Assembly: GCA_951406725.2 (NCBI GenBank)
Contig: OX597821.1
Coordinates: 60,450,001 to 60,514,000 of the forward strand
Length of the DNA stretch: 64,000 bases
Reading direction: 5' to 3'
Source: Octopus vulgaris
Lineage: Eukaryota
This document shows, piece by piece, positions 41,397 through 54,549 of this stretch; position 1 is the stretch's first letter; every line of letters begins with the position of its first letter. A program made the translations under genes and the position numbers. Under the pieces are notes generated by a model that saw only the letters and a list, made by a program, of their open reading frames with translations, searched no databases and was not told the DNA's origin.

Positions 41397-42776
41397 TATA
41401 CTGTTTATATTAGTCATACTGGCGTTCTCATCTTGATTGTTATTTTCGTTTTGTTTCGGCTGTTGTATGCTTTAGCCTTTTTCAGGGGGTTTGTGTTAAA
41501 ATCGGTTGTTGAAAAAAGAAAGAAAAGAAGGGGTTAGAAAAAGAATGTATTTACACATCTTGATATATGTGAGTACATATAATTCTTTCCAATTTTGGCA
41601 CAATGCCAGCAATTTTGACGAGAAGGGTAAGTCAGTTACATCGATTTCACCACAAGACACCCGAAGAAGGCTGGAGCGCACGACAGTTGAAACGTAATGA
41701 AAGAAACATTGAAGATGAGGACAGCTTTCCAACTGATATAAACATTATGCATAATAAGAATTTCTCATCTCAGAAATACAGAATTGTGTTATTATTGTAA
41801 ATTCTAAATTTTAAACTCAAATACCAGCGTTTAGATAGATCCATATTTTAAAATTCAATTATCAATAAAGGATTTTTAGTGTGGGTTTTAAATTATTAAA
41901 TCTTCATGGGTAGTTTGCAATTTAAGTAGGCTCCGTATGAAGGCAAGAATGACCATACTAATATTTATTTGAGTTTTTATGTGCCGTATTTGCTGGCACA
42001 CTTACAAAAATAAACTCTAAAAGAGATTAGCAGCCCGTGTCGTTTATGCGAAGCCCGGGTCCTTTATTCTTACAGCCTACATTTGTCCTTGACGCTTGCT
42101 TTTTCCTGAATAGGCGTGCTGAAATTGCCTAATATGCCTGTCCCCCTTTTATTCCATAAAATACGTTATTTTATTTAATCCCCATCGTTTGTATTCATAC
42201 GTGTTTATATAAAATAAGTTAATGAAATAATGTTCATGAAACAACCAACATAATAGTCAGGAATCTTCAGTAATACAATAGGATAGATAATATAGAGTTA
42301 CTGAAGGCCAAGTAAGTACAAAGAGCTAAAACTGCTGTATATAAGCAATATGTGAATGGTTCGACATTACAATTCAAGATTGGTCGAAAGACTAACTCAT
42401 TGAGCAAGTGACATAGTTTCGAGTGGATTGCCGATTGGCTCTGGTCTGAGGCTGAATTCGCCAACTTTTTATAACCTCAAGCCAAATTTTCCAAAACCTT
42501 CGATCAAGCTTTTTGGTAAGAAAAGTGGTACTCTAGATTTGAAGTTCGCCGCACCAACTATAAGTTAGTAAGTGCTGATTGGTTTAGGCATGTTTGCGTA
42601 GGCGCTATTGCCTTTTATGGTGATATGATAGGCCGTGGTCTTGAGCTGAGAGAATTTCAAAGAGATGGTTCAAAACTCATCAGGAGTCACGCAACAGATT
42701 GAATTAAAATATTTTATTTTATTCGATTCATCTGATCACATATGGTTTTTTAGTTTATGCTACTTCACTGAGAGAG

Positions 42777-42866
<90 letters not shown>

Positions 42867-42989
42867 GGAGAAAGAGAGAGAGAATTAAAAAGTGGAAGCG
42901 AGAAGGAAAGATATGTAAACAAAAATATAGTGAAAACTTTATGCAGTTAAAACTAATATTTGAGTGAAGACTGCGAGGAAGCGCATACA

Positions 42990-43350
42990 AGCATACATTA
43001 CTGTGTGACTAGGAAGTTCGGTTTGCAATCAGGTTCAGTCAATTTACGCGGCATCTTCGGCAAGCGTCTTCTACTATAATCCTGAGTCGATCAATGCTTT
43101 GTGATTAATAAGTGTAGACGGAAACTGTACGGAAGCCCATTGTATGTATGTATGTATGTATGTATGTATGTATGTATGTATGTATGTATGTATGTATGTG
43201 TGTATGTCGTTGTTTTTATCTCTCAACGTTTGACAGCCGAACAGTTTTTTTTTATGTACTTGTGTTTTAAACTTGGAGATACGTATTTTGTTGATTTGGT
43301 CGACTAAACTCATCAATACGATGACTGAAACAAGCCAAGGAATAAAAGAA
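42990..43350 (+). mobile_element. Diverged SINE family A
   Basis: ctgtgtgactaggaag...gtagacggaaactgtacggaagccc...atgactgaaacaag. Confidence 0.6.
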
Positions 43351-43507
43351 AAGAAAATTCGTGGTGAGTGTGTATGTGTGTGTATGTTTGTGTGTGTGTT
43401 TGTGTGTGTGTTTGTGTGTGTGTATATGTGTGTGTGTGAGTGTGTGTGTATGTGTATGTCCCTAGTAAAGCGATGTAGTTAATGAATTAGAAAGCAAAGA
43501 GAAAGAG

Positions 43508-43576
<69 letters not shown>

Positions 43577-44270
43577 GAAAGAAGGGGAGAAAGGAAAAGA
43601 GCTATTATGCAAGTGAGAAAAACTTGGATGAAAATGTGATGAGAAAGGAAAGGAAGGAGATGAAAAAGAAGAGCTCAAGTTTATAAAGTAGAAAGAGAGA
43701 GGTGAGGGAGAAAGAAAGAGAGAGAAGAAAGACAGAGAGAGAGAGAGAGAGAGAGAACGCTATAGTAGATGACCGACTTAATTAATCTAGTTTTGAACTA
43801 AATGACATAACAAACACACAACAGGATGCTGAAAGAGAGCATCATGTCGTGAGTTTAACCATCACTCTCATAAGAGGAGCAAGCAATGCAGTTGAGCAGG
43901 AGAGCGAGAACAACAAAATCATAGCATACATTACAATAGATGTCAACAAATACCATTATTCTTGCATTCTTTTACTATTACGAGTACTATAATCGTACTA
44001 TAATTGTTTTATTATTATATAACAACTATAATTTTTGCATTCTTTTATAACAGTGCAATTCTCTTACTTTCAAAATACCATTTAGCGACAAAAGCAGTAT
44101 TAAGACCGAAAGGTAATATTTATCACCATTTAATAGTGGATGTCGTGGTAGAACACACGATACTGCGATATTTATCACGAGAGAATCTTTCATATGGCTT
44201 TGGGGTGCATGTGAGTATGCTGTTTCATACTGCTAGCGGGAGACAATCGCCGCCATCCCCGCTGCCAGGA

Positions 44271-44317
44271 CTATCAGATCACGTAATTTCGACCTTCTTT
44301 GGCCTTATCAGTGATAG
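44271..44317 (-). ncRNA. Type I hammerhead-like motif (G8A) in a retrozyme-like unit
   Basis: Minus strand reads CUAUCA-CUGAUAA-GGCC aaagaa GGUC-GAAA-UUACGUGA-UC-UGAUAG. Confidence 0.65.
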
Positions 44318-45306
44318 ATACCCGGCTGCTGAAAACAGCAGTAACCGTCCCACTAGCGATATGCATAAAATCACAGAGCCCAATCAAGCGCTGGTGTCGC
44401 TAAAACCCAGTGGACTTACTCAAGAATAATTAAAGCGATAGAAGGTAAAATTTATCACCACTTAAAAGTATGTGGTACCGCGATATTTAGTATGAGAGAA
44501 TTTAATCTAGTTTGGTGCATATGAGCACTCTTGTTTACATCGCTATTTTCTTCTATTTTTAATCGTGTTCTGTCTGTTGCTTCTTATTCTTATAGTATAC
44601 TGTTTTTGCATCCCTTCTTTTTCGTATACAATGTCATCAATGTAATTTTGTTTTGTAGATATTTAAAAACTAAAACTTTAACGAATAATATGTGGAAAAC
44701 AAAGTAAAAATAACAGCAACTTCAAACAAGACACGAAAATAGATTTTACAGTTTTCAATGGGGTGCGGAGAGAACCAGAGTCTTTATATGTATATTCGTA
44801 TGCGTGTGTGTATGTGTGTGTACACACACACACACAGACACAAATATGTATGAACGTATGTATGTATGTATGTATGTATGTATGTATGTATGTATGTATG
44901 TATGTATGTATGTATGTATATATGTATATGTATGTATGTACGCATATAGGAAGTCTGCATAACTGTTAAGAGTATAGTGCAAATGCAATGAAGAATAAAA
45001 AAGAGAACACTGGTAGGACAAGATGTAAGAAACCGTATAAGCTTGATCCTTTAATGGAAAGAGAAAGAGTCTTAACGTCTCGAACGTCAGTTCTTCAGTA
45101 GAAGAAAAATAAAAGGATGGGGGAAGAAAAGGTATAATTATTGAGAGAAGGAAAAAAAAAAAGAGACGAGGGCTTATGAACCATGTGTGAATACAGTTCT
45201 ATGGCTGGGAGTTAAGAGAGGAAGGACGAGTGTGATGTGCAAGTATAAGAGTGTATTCGTGTCTCTCTCTTACCATTAATATCTTAAGCTAATATCCTAT
45301 TTGTTG

Positions 45307-45397
<91 letters not shown>

Positions 45398-45457
45398 TGT
45401 GTGTGTATGTATGTATATATGCATGTATATATATGTATATATATATGTATATATATA

Positions 45458-45646
45458 GGGAGAGTTTACGAAAAAAAAAACAAAAGACGAAGGCAGGTGG
45501 TGTACAAAACAAACAGATGTATTAGCATAACGCTCAGGAATAGAATAAAGTATTTTACGTTTCGAGCCTACGCTCTTCTACAGAAAGGGACTAAAAAAAA
45601 ACAAGGAGAGAAAAAAATGTGTGTAGTGGCTAACGATCTATCATGA
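45458..45646 (-). mobile_element. Short PLE pLTR-like module with a hammerhead-like motif, flanked by (TA)n
   Basis: Homologous to 22530-22720. Motif UUU-CUGUAGA-A-GAGC guag GCUC-GAAA-CG-UA-AAA at 45553-45586. Confidence 0.7.
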
Positions 45647-46842
45647 TATATATATATATATATGGATCTTTTCTAAAAGATGGACAGAATTCTTTTAGAA
45701 AAGATCCTAAATATATAATACTGTGTCGTATTTTGTGTGTATGTGTGTGTGTGGGTGTGCGTATGTGTGTTTATGCGTGTGTGTGCGTGTGTGTATGCGT
45801 GTGTGTGTGTATGTGTATAATGGGACATATGTATGTAGAAGTGGATTAGAATATACGAGTATTTTAAGATTATATGTATATTTATGAGTGTGTCTATATG
45901 ATTGTGTGGACTTGCATATATGGATATGGTTATATGTGCACAGTTGCACCTAAACGTTGTATCCATTCACAGTTAGACGGTGATGAGAGGAACAAACACA
46001 TACCCACACATATATATATGTGTGTGCGTCTATACAAACATATATGTGTGTATATATATAACCTTCAACAAAGTAACAGTCATGTACACAACTTGGACAG
46101 ACACATACCAAAACACGGACATACTTTCACATACACATACACATGTACACACTCTCACAGACGCGTTTGCCCATTCTCCTAGACACTCACATACATACGT
46201 AGCACATGAGTACATACATACATACATACATACATACATACATACAAACGTATGGGCATACACACGTACATACGCACGTACATGTACGCACACACATACA
46301 TGGGCACATGAATACGTGCGCGTATACATACATACGCACATGCGTACGTATGTGCATACACACATACATACATACATACATACGTACATACATACATACA
46401 TACATGCATACATACATACATACGTATATATATTTAACCTGAACTAACTAGATGTAGGGAGGGAAAAAAACAAGTAATAGTAAAACAAAAGTTCTGTGAT
46501 GTAGAGATAAATGTCTGATAATAGGTTTTAGGGTTTTGTTTTGGGGGGTGAGGGTCGTAAATCACTTCCTAGTTTCGGCGGGGGAGGTTGAAATTTGATA
46601 TTATTGTGATGAGTGGTCAGTCTACATCTATCCATCACTACAGGTTTATAGCTTTAAGTTTATAGTGTGTATGTGCGTGCATATACACACACATACATAC
46701 ATACATATATACATACATACATACATACACAGGCGTATGTACGTACATACATACATACATGCATGCATGCGTGTATACATACATACACACATACATACGT
46801 ACATATATATGACGAACTAACTGTTACTTTCTCAGATGCAGC

Positions 46843-47035
46843 ACGGATTTTTGTCAGTGAACAGGTCGCGGATTTTAGCGACGAAAATATTTTGACAAAT
46901 TAAACTTAAATGTTGAAGTGAATCGAACGGCTTTTGTGTGTTTCTTAAATGGCTTACAAACACCTTCCACGCTGCAATTGTTTTCGTTCCAGCACACGAT
47001 CTCAGATCAAATCACTTGCTATGCGAGTACATCTC

Positions 47036-47040
<5 letters not shown>
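46843..47040 (+). mobile_element. Second copy of the 30990-31186 repeat
   Basis: tttgtcagtgaacaggtcgc...ttaaatggcttacaaacaccttccacgctgcaattg...cacttgctatgc, ending in (TA)n. Confidence 0.8.
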
Positions 47041-47086
<46 letters not shown>

Positions 47087-47087
<1 letters not shown>

Positions 47088-47997
47088 GAGCGGGTACCCC
47101 AAAGAAACCGGAATTTTGCAATATTATTTTATTCACTTAGATTTTCATGTTTATACTTTTATCGCCTTCAAAGTATTCTCCATTTGAAGCAATGCATCGG
47201 TCCGAGCGCGTTTTCCTGGATGCAGTGCTGGAACAGTGCGAACTGATGCCTGGAACTCTTGCCAAGTGATGCTTTTAACGTCTCCGTCGTTTTTTTCTTC
47301 ACCTCTTCCGCAGCTGCAAATTCCATAGCACCAGCTTTCGTCACCAGTGATGACCTTCGAAAAACAGCCCGGATCAATTCCAGCTGTTCTTTTAGTTCAC
47401 GGCATGCATTCAGTCGTGACTGCTTTAGATCTTCCTTGAGCAAGCGAGACACAAATTTTGCTGCAACTCTTTTCATTCGCAATTCCTCGTTGAAATTCGT
47501 TGGCAGGAGCTTCAGGACACACAGGTCATATCAACAGGTTCGTCAGTAGTTCGATGATGGTCGTCCAAGATCAGTTCATGGATTTTCATGATGTTTTCAT
47601 TCGTTTGGGAGGTCGACGGTCGCCCTGAACGAGGTTGGTTTTCAAGCGACAAGTGACCATTCCTAAAGCGTAGAAATCACTCGTAAACTTGTGTTTTATT
47701 CATGGCAGCGTCCTTGTAAGCTGTTCGAAGCATGACAACTGTTTCGGCCGCCGTTTTCCCCAGCAGAAAACAGAATTTCACAGAAGCCCTCTGTTCCTTC
47801 GTTTTAGCCATCGCAAAAATCGACGAACAGGGAGAAACACTGCAAAACAAAGATGCATCATGTGGCAGTACGACCTAACTAGATGATGCCAGTCGGCCGA
47901 CTGGTGCCTGAGGGTCGCATCAAGGGGATTCTAGGGACGGAAGCCTGAACTACAATGGGTTTGTCCCAAAGAGAACTTTTCCGGTTACTTTTGGGTA
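47087..47997 (-). mobile_element. Internally deleted mariner element
   Basis: TA plus cgagcgggtaccccaaagaaaccggaa, with an inverted partner at ~47975-47997. Remnants MKRVAAKFVSRLL, QPRSGRPSTS and ITGDE. Confidence 0.8.
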
Positions 47998-48165
47998 GGT
48001 GCAGGCGTAGCTGTGTGACAAGAAGTTTGATTTACAACCACATGGTTCCGAGTTCAGTCCCACTGAGTAGCACATTGGGCAAGCATTTTCTACTAAAGCC
48101 CCGGACAGACCAAAGCCTCGTGAGTGGGTTTGGTAGATGGAAACTGAAAGAAGTCTGTCGTATAA
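47998..48165 (+). mobile_element. SINE family A 5' part
   Basis: ggtgcaggcgtagctgtgtg...tttggtagatggaaactgaaagaag. Confidence 0.7.
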
Positions 48166-49209
48166 CTATATATATGTATATAAATAGAGAGAGTGCACCC
48201 GCCCTCACTCACTCTTTCTCTCTCTCTCTCTCTCTCTTTCAGTCACACTCACACTCAGACGTATAGATGGAGATTAGTTGTGTGAATCAGTGAAGCAATG
48301 ATCTGAAAAAACAAACAAACAAACAAACAAAAAAAAAAAACAAGCAAACAATATGTTTGCAAATTATTTTTGCAAAAAACATTTAGTTCGATGCTTTACT
48401 TTTCTGGTCGCCTCTATTTTACGTGCTGTAGGTCAGATGCGATAAGAGAAACGATACATAAATGATATTATTGTCGTTCAGTCACAACGCTGCTGGGATT
48501 ATTAATAATTGCTGTTATGCAATTATTTCATGTTACGAATTACCAACTAAACAATGAGCCTGAGAAAACAACGGCGAAGAGCAAAAAGTACATGTATATT
48601 TAAAATTTCGGTTAAGTATGTATTTTTTTTTTGCCTCATTCATGAGATATTTTAACCTTTAATTTTAAAAGAAGGCCTGTGAGCTGCTGAGAATTCGGGA
48701 ATTTGGAGAGTTAAAGTAAATAGTTTTATTCTATGTTAATCAGTCTCTTAGGCGCATATCAACAGCTTCCAGCTATTTTGTGGCAATGTTTATCAGTCAA
48801 GTCTCTTTATCTGCCTTTTTACTGCTCTAGTTTAATTCTCTTCTCTGTAAATTCCTCCCTGTCTTTTTCGTATCCGTCTATCTGCCTGCCTGTTTATCTG
48901 CCTATTTCGCATCTTTGCATTACCAGCCAATTACCGGCCTCTATGCGCTCGCTCAACGGCCTTGAAATATTAACTAAATGTCTCTCAAACTTTCATTCAG
49001 TTCTATGTCAATTACCACTGCCATCACATGAAGCAATCTTTTTAACCACACAATAATGCCTGCGACCGCAAAATACATAAATAAATATATAAATGAAAAT
49101 AAAAATAAAAATACAATTCACAAACCACTTAGTATAACAGATGCACAATGTCAACAGCAGCTACAAAAGAATCTAGTTGCATACATTGATATATGGGAAT
49201 ATATATAAT

Positions 49210-49616
49210 TCTTTTTACTCTTTCACTTGTTTCAGTCATGTGACTGTGCCCATGCTGGAGCACCGCCTTTTAGTCGAGCAAATCGACCCCAGGACTTATT
49301 CTTTGTAAGCCTAGTACTTATTCTATCGGTCTCTTTTGCCGAACCGCTAAGTTACGGGGACGTAAATACACCAACATCGGTTGTCAAGTGACGTTGGGGA
49401 GACAAACACAGACACACAAACATATACACACACATACATATATATATATACAGATATACGACGGGCTTCTTTCAGTTTCCGTCTACCAAATCCACTCACA
49501 AGGCTTTGGTCGGCTCGAGGCTATAGTAGAAGACACTTGCCCAAGGTGCCACGCAGTGGGACTGAACCCGGAACCATGTGGTTCGTAAGCAAGCTACTTA
49601 CCACAGCGCCACTCCT
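49210..49616 (-). mobile_element. SINE family A
   Basis: Reverse complement of 1334-1746. Confidence 0.85.
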
Positions 49617-49820
49617 TGGCACAAGACCAGCAATCTTGAGGGAAGAGTAAACGTGACAATACCTCACCAACTTTCCTCCCTTCCCACACCATCACAAACT
49701 ATCCCCATGATATACATAAACACACCAACATTACAGCTCTCCGCTAAACAAGAACGGTAGAAATGATCTAAAATTTTTCCAACTTTCAACCGAAATACCC
49801 TCTAAAATTCCAAATATAAG

Positions 49821-49916
<96 letters not shown>

Positions 49917-50065
49917 TATATTAAAATTATAAATTATAGTATCTACGAGATACCACCATGCTGAAAACAGCAGCCATGATTCGACTCTAAAACCCCCTTA
50001 AGTGTTCATATAGCAACATGGAGAGAAGACAAAGAGACAAGATGAAACTAGTAAAAAATTACTGG

Positions 50066-50149
<84 letters not shown>

Positions 50150-51062
50150 CAGATAGATAGATACAGACACATATATACACATACACATGTGCAAGGGTGT
50201 TGGAGGATTTACCTGGCTTAAGAATTTATTGTGTAGTTATATTTTCTGTGTATTTTCATTGCTCCAAAATAATATATTATAAATATCATTACTTATATAC
50301 ACTTAAAACCGAATAGGGGAAATATTTATAAAACATAGCTTATGAAACATTGTCCATAAACTTTACCCCGTCCCCCCGAAAAAAACACAAAGATTAAATT
50401 TTCTATTTAATAATCAGATAACATCAAGAAAATTAACTTCTAGTGAGAAATCTGCAACCTACTAATCTTTGCATATACTTATATCCTTTTGAGAATCTTA
50501 AAGTGCAAGATAAACAAATGTCTATACTAAATACATCATGAGCTAAAGCTGACAATCCTAAATGAACACACACATACACCTAACAAAAAGTCTTACATGT
50601 TTGACTGAATTCTGAACAATAACCCCCATATCCTCCAAACAGGCAGTTAAATCTCCCATTAGTATTTAAATAAAATCAACAACTAAACCTATTTATACAT
50701 CTGCTGACGAACTAACTTTTTCACTTACATAATTTTTTTTGTAAACCCTTAAAATTCAAATCCAAGACTTAAAGCTGATGCACTTAAATAGACACACTTG
50801 ATTACAAAATTCTACATGAATGATTGAATGCTGAACATTAACCCAGCTCCAAATTTAATCAACAAGAATCTTCTATAATACATATTCATCAGAACTTACC
50901 CTGCAACCTAATTATCTTTTAATGGAGCTTAAGCTACTCTAGAAAAATTAAACTTACAAGGGACTATTTAGAGCCAGATGAACTGAAATATGCCACAGTC
51001 TGAAGAAGGTTAAGCAAGTCAAAACTAAGTCACTGTCAACACTTTTCTTGTGAAAGAACCTC

Positions 51063-51425
51063 CATACATACATACATACATACATACATACATACATACA
51101 TACATACATACATACATACATACATACATACATACATACATAATACATACATACATACATACATACATACATAGATGCATGCACGCATACATACATGCAT
51201 GCATACATACATACATAGATGCATGCACGCATACATACATGCATGCATACATACATACATACATACATACATACATACATGCATACATACATACATGCAT
51301 GCATACATACATACATGCATGCATACATACATGCATGCATGCATACATACATGCATGCATGCATACATACAAACATGCATGCATGCATACATACATACAT
51401 GCATGCATACATACATACATACATG
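51063..51425. repeat. (CATA)n/(CATG)n compound microsatellite
   Basis: Directly visible. Confidence 0.95.
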
Positions 51426-53087
51426 CAAAGAATATGCATGAGATGAAAAAGAGCCTTGACCTAGTTACAACATTCTCAAATGATCTAGGGTTGGCGTTTG
51501 GTCAGGATAAATGTTGTTTTATGGTTGTGAAAAGGGGAAAACGATAAACCAGACTAGTAACATCTTCATCAATGATTTGAATGTTTCCCCTGTATCTGAC
51601 GAGGTATCTAGCGGTGGATAGAAATATATATTACAATGGCACTTGTAACAAAACACGTGTCACTAAAGAATATTACAGCCGAATAATGAAAATTAGGTTC
51701 TCAGAACTCTCTGCATTCAATAAAACAGTGGTCCACAATGTGTTTGCTGTGCCACTTCTCATACCAACATTTGGACTGTTTGACTGGACGCTTGATGAGA
51801 TCCGATGTGAAAATCCGAAAAATACTAATAAGCACACATAATTTCCACATAAACAGTGACGTAGACCGCCCTTACCTAAAACGAAAATAAGGCGACAGAG
51901 GCTTAGCATCGATTCAAAATGCCTTTGAATGTCGCATCATATCCCTTCGGCAACATCTTTTAACCACCAAGTGTTGAAGTGCATCCCTTGACCAAGCTTG
52001 CATACATGAGGCTGATAACATTATAAGACTTGGAAGGCAGTTCCTTGAACAACACTCTTTGATAACCTAGAATACATGCCCAAAGAAGTTGCACAATTCT
52101 ACCGCAACATATCAGATGAAAGGCTGAGCCTATATGAGCAGAAGACTATGCATGGATATATTAGTAGAAAGCTCCGTGATAATAGTTTGATAGATCCTCA
52201 AAGCTGTTTATCATGGACGAATAACTGGATTATTACCTCCCATTTTGAAGGGTGTGCATTAGCAATTCAGGAACAAGAAATATCAACCAAGTACCTGATG
52301 CACAAAAGGGATAGAGATGCAGGTAAAGCAGTAAAATGTTACAACCGATGTAGACTTTGTGGAGTTCACTCTGAAGATATCACCCACATCATAAGCAATT
52401 GTCCGAAAACATCATCACGGTATTAATCTATCGATGAGACATGATGTTGTAGCTAGGACACTCTGTAATGAAATCCGTCGGAAGGATAATCCCGAGGACA
52501 AAGAAATAAGAACCCACAATATGGTAGAAGCCATAAACACTCGTAATAAGAAGGAATACTAGTAGAATGTCCTAGTGAAGACCTCAATGAAATGTAAGCA
52601 CAACACCTGGTATAATGATTTGGGATAAAGAAGAGAAAATGCGCAGAGTTGTGGAAATTAGCTGCCCAACGGATGTTAACATGAAGCTGAAGATCAGTGA
52701 AAAAGAGAACACCTATGCTGAACTATCGAGAAATCTGCAGTTACTCTATCCAAATTACAAGTATGCCAATCTTGAGAAATTAGGCTTCTCAAAACCAGAA
52801 AGGAAAAAGCTAATTCGAAGACTAAAGATCCAATCCATCACTGGAACTGTAAACATCTGTAAAACTTTCCAGAAGTTTATCATTTAAATATATATGAGCA
52901 TGTTTAGATATGCAACTATATGCATGAGAATACATACATAAAAATACATACATACATACATACATACATACATACATACATACAAAAATAACCTGTTGTT
53001 GATATTCCAATGAAGGAATCTTGGATCTAGGATAGAAACTGGTTCTTTCTCTATTGGTAAGAAATCTTAAAATAAACTGAATAATGG
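51424..53087 (+). mobile_element. 5'-truncated R4/Dong-clade non-LTR retrotransposon (RT C-terminus plus restriction-like endonuclease)
   Basis: AKN..FSNDLGLAFGQDKC, ELSAFNK..HNVFAVP, MHG, EGCALAIQEQEISTK, CRLCG..EDITHIISNCP, RHDVVA, IMIWDK..VVEISCP. Multiple stops. (CATA)n on both sides. Confidence 0.88.
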
Positions 53088-53194
53088 CATACATACATAC
53101 ATATATACATACATACATACATACATACATACATACATACATACATACATACACACACACAGACGGAGAGACACATACACACACAGACGGAGAG

Positions 53195-53231
<37 letters not shown>

Positions 53232-53376
53232 AACAGACACACGCAGGCGGACAGACACACACAGAAGGACAGATATACACACGCACATATATACACATAC
53301 ATATACGCATATTTACACATTATGTATGCATGTGTGTGTGCGCGTGTGTGTATGTTTGTTTGTGTGTGTGTATGTA

Positions 53377-53415
<39 letters not shown>

Positions 53416-54506
53416 TTGTAGTGCTAGCAAAATTCGTCGCCAGCCATGTCATCCCATTAATTCATTATCATTGCCAAAGTCAGAATGTTACCGGATTATT
53501 TATTTGCTTATTCTAGTTTCGGTCTGTAATGTTTGTTGTGGTTTCAGTTGAAAAGGACAATTGTTTCTTAATTCAGGAAGTGAAGTATGTGTCGAATCGC
53601 TGTTACAAGTGGTTCTCGTCGTAGTTATTAATTGGATCTGTGTCGGAAATGACAAACAAATGGAGATATAGGAGAGATAACAATGAAAATTTCTCATAAA
53701 TAAAAAAAATAAAGCCATTAATTTCGTTACTAAGAATATATTTGGTTACAATGGAGTATCGTTTTAAAATTCTTCCAACCTTTTGAATTAGTTCAAATTT
53801 TCGCCAGATTTAAAAAGATTTTTTTTCTTTCTATTAATGTATTTATGCATGTTGATAACGAAATATTCATATTTTTTCAAGAAATTAATGATAAAAATGT
53901 TACAAAAATCTAGGAAAAAACGTGACTTTTGTCGTGTATGCAAAACTACATCAGGATTAAAAAATTTGCAAAAATCTGGAGGAAATTTGAAATAATTCAA
54001 GTAGATTAAAGGATTTCAAAAAAGATCTACAATGGATTCACCTAAGTGCCAAGTTATAAAAAAATTAGATCTCCCCCATCCGCCAGCACTCCAGCCAAAA
54101 TTAGAAATTCCGAAGTAAACGTGCGCTAAAAATGTGACAAAATTAAAATTCTGAAAAAAAAATTCTTGGAAGTTGTTTATAATCTGAAATTTTACCAACT
54201 AGTTGAATTTAATGCTCTTTTTTATGTTCTTGGTAAAATTAAAAAAAAAAAAAAATTTAAAAAAATTTTAGTTTTAATTATTGTTTTCTTATACAGATAT
54301 TTATGTTCGCTTTGCAATCACGGGGTTTCGGGTTCAGCCCCACTGTGTGGGCGACACCTTGGGTGCGTGTTTTCTACTATAACCCCGAGCTTTGAGAGTG
54401 AATTTGGTAAAGGTGAAACTGTAAGCTTGTTGTACACACACACATACACACACACAAACACACACGCACACATTCACACACACACACACAAACACACACG
54501 CACACA

Positions 54507-54549
<43 letters not shown>

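Noticed and set aside
41980-42640. Possible pogo-like transposon relic
   Set aside because: Only faint similarity, and no paired TIRs or catalytic motifs were identified.
42630-42690. Minus-strand CUGAUGA...GAAA
   Set aside because: No convincing stem II or stem I can be drawn.
53003-53050. CCAAUGA...GAAACUGGUUC hammerhead look-alike in the R4 3' module (also ~63738)
   Set aside because: It has two core mismatches and poor stem register, so it was treated as an ordinary 3'-UTR hairpin.
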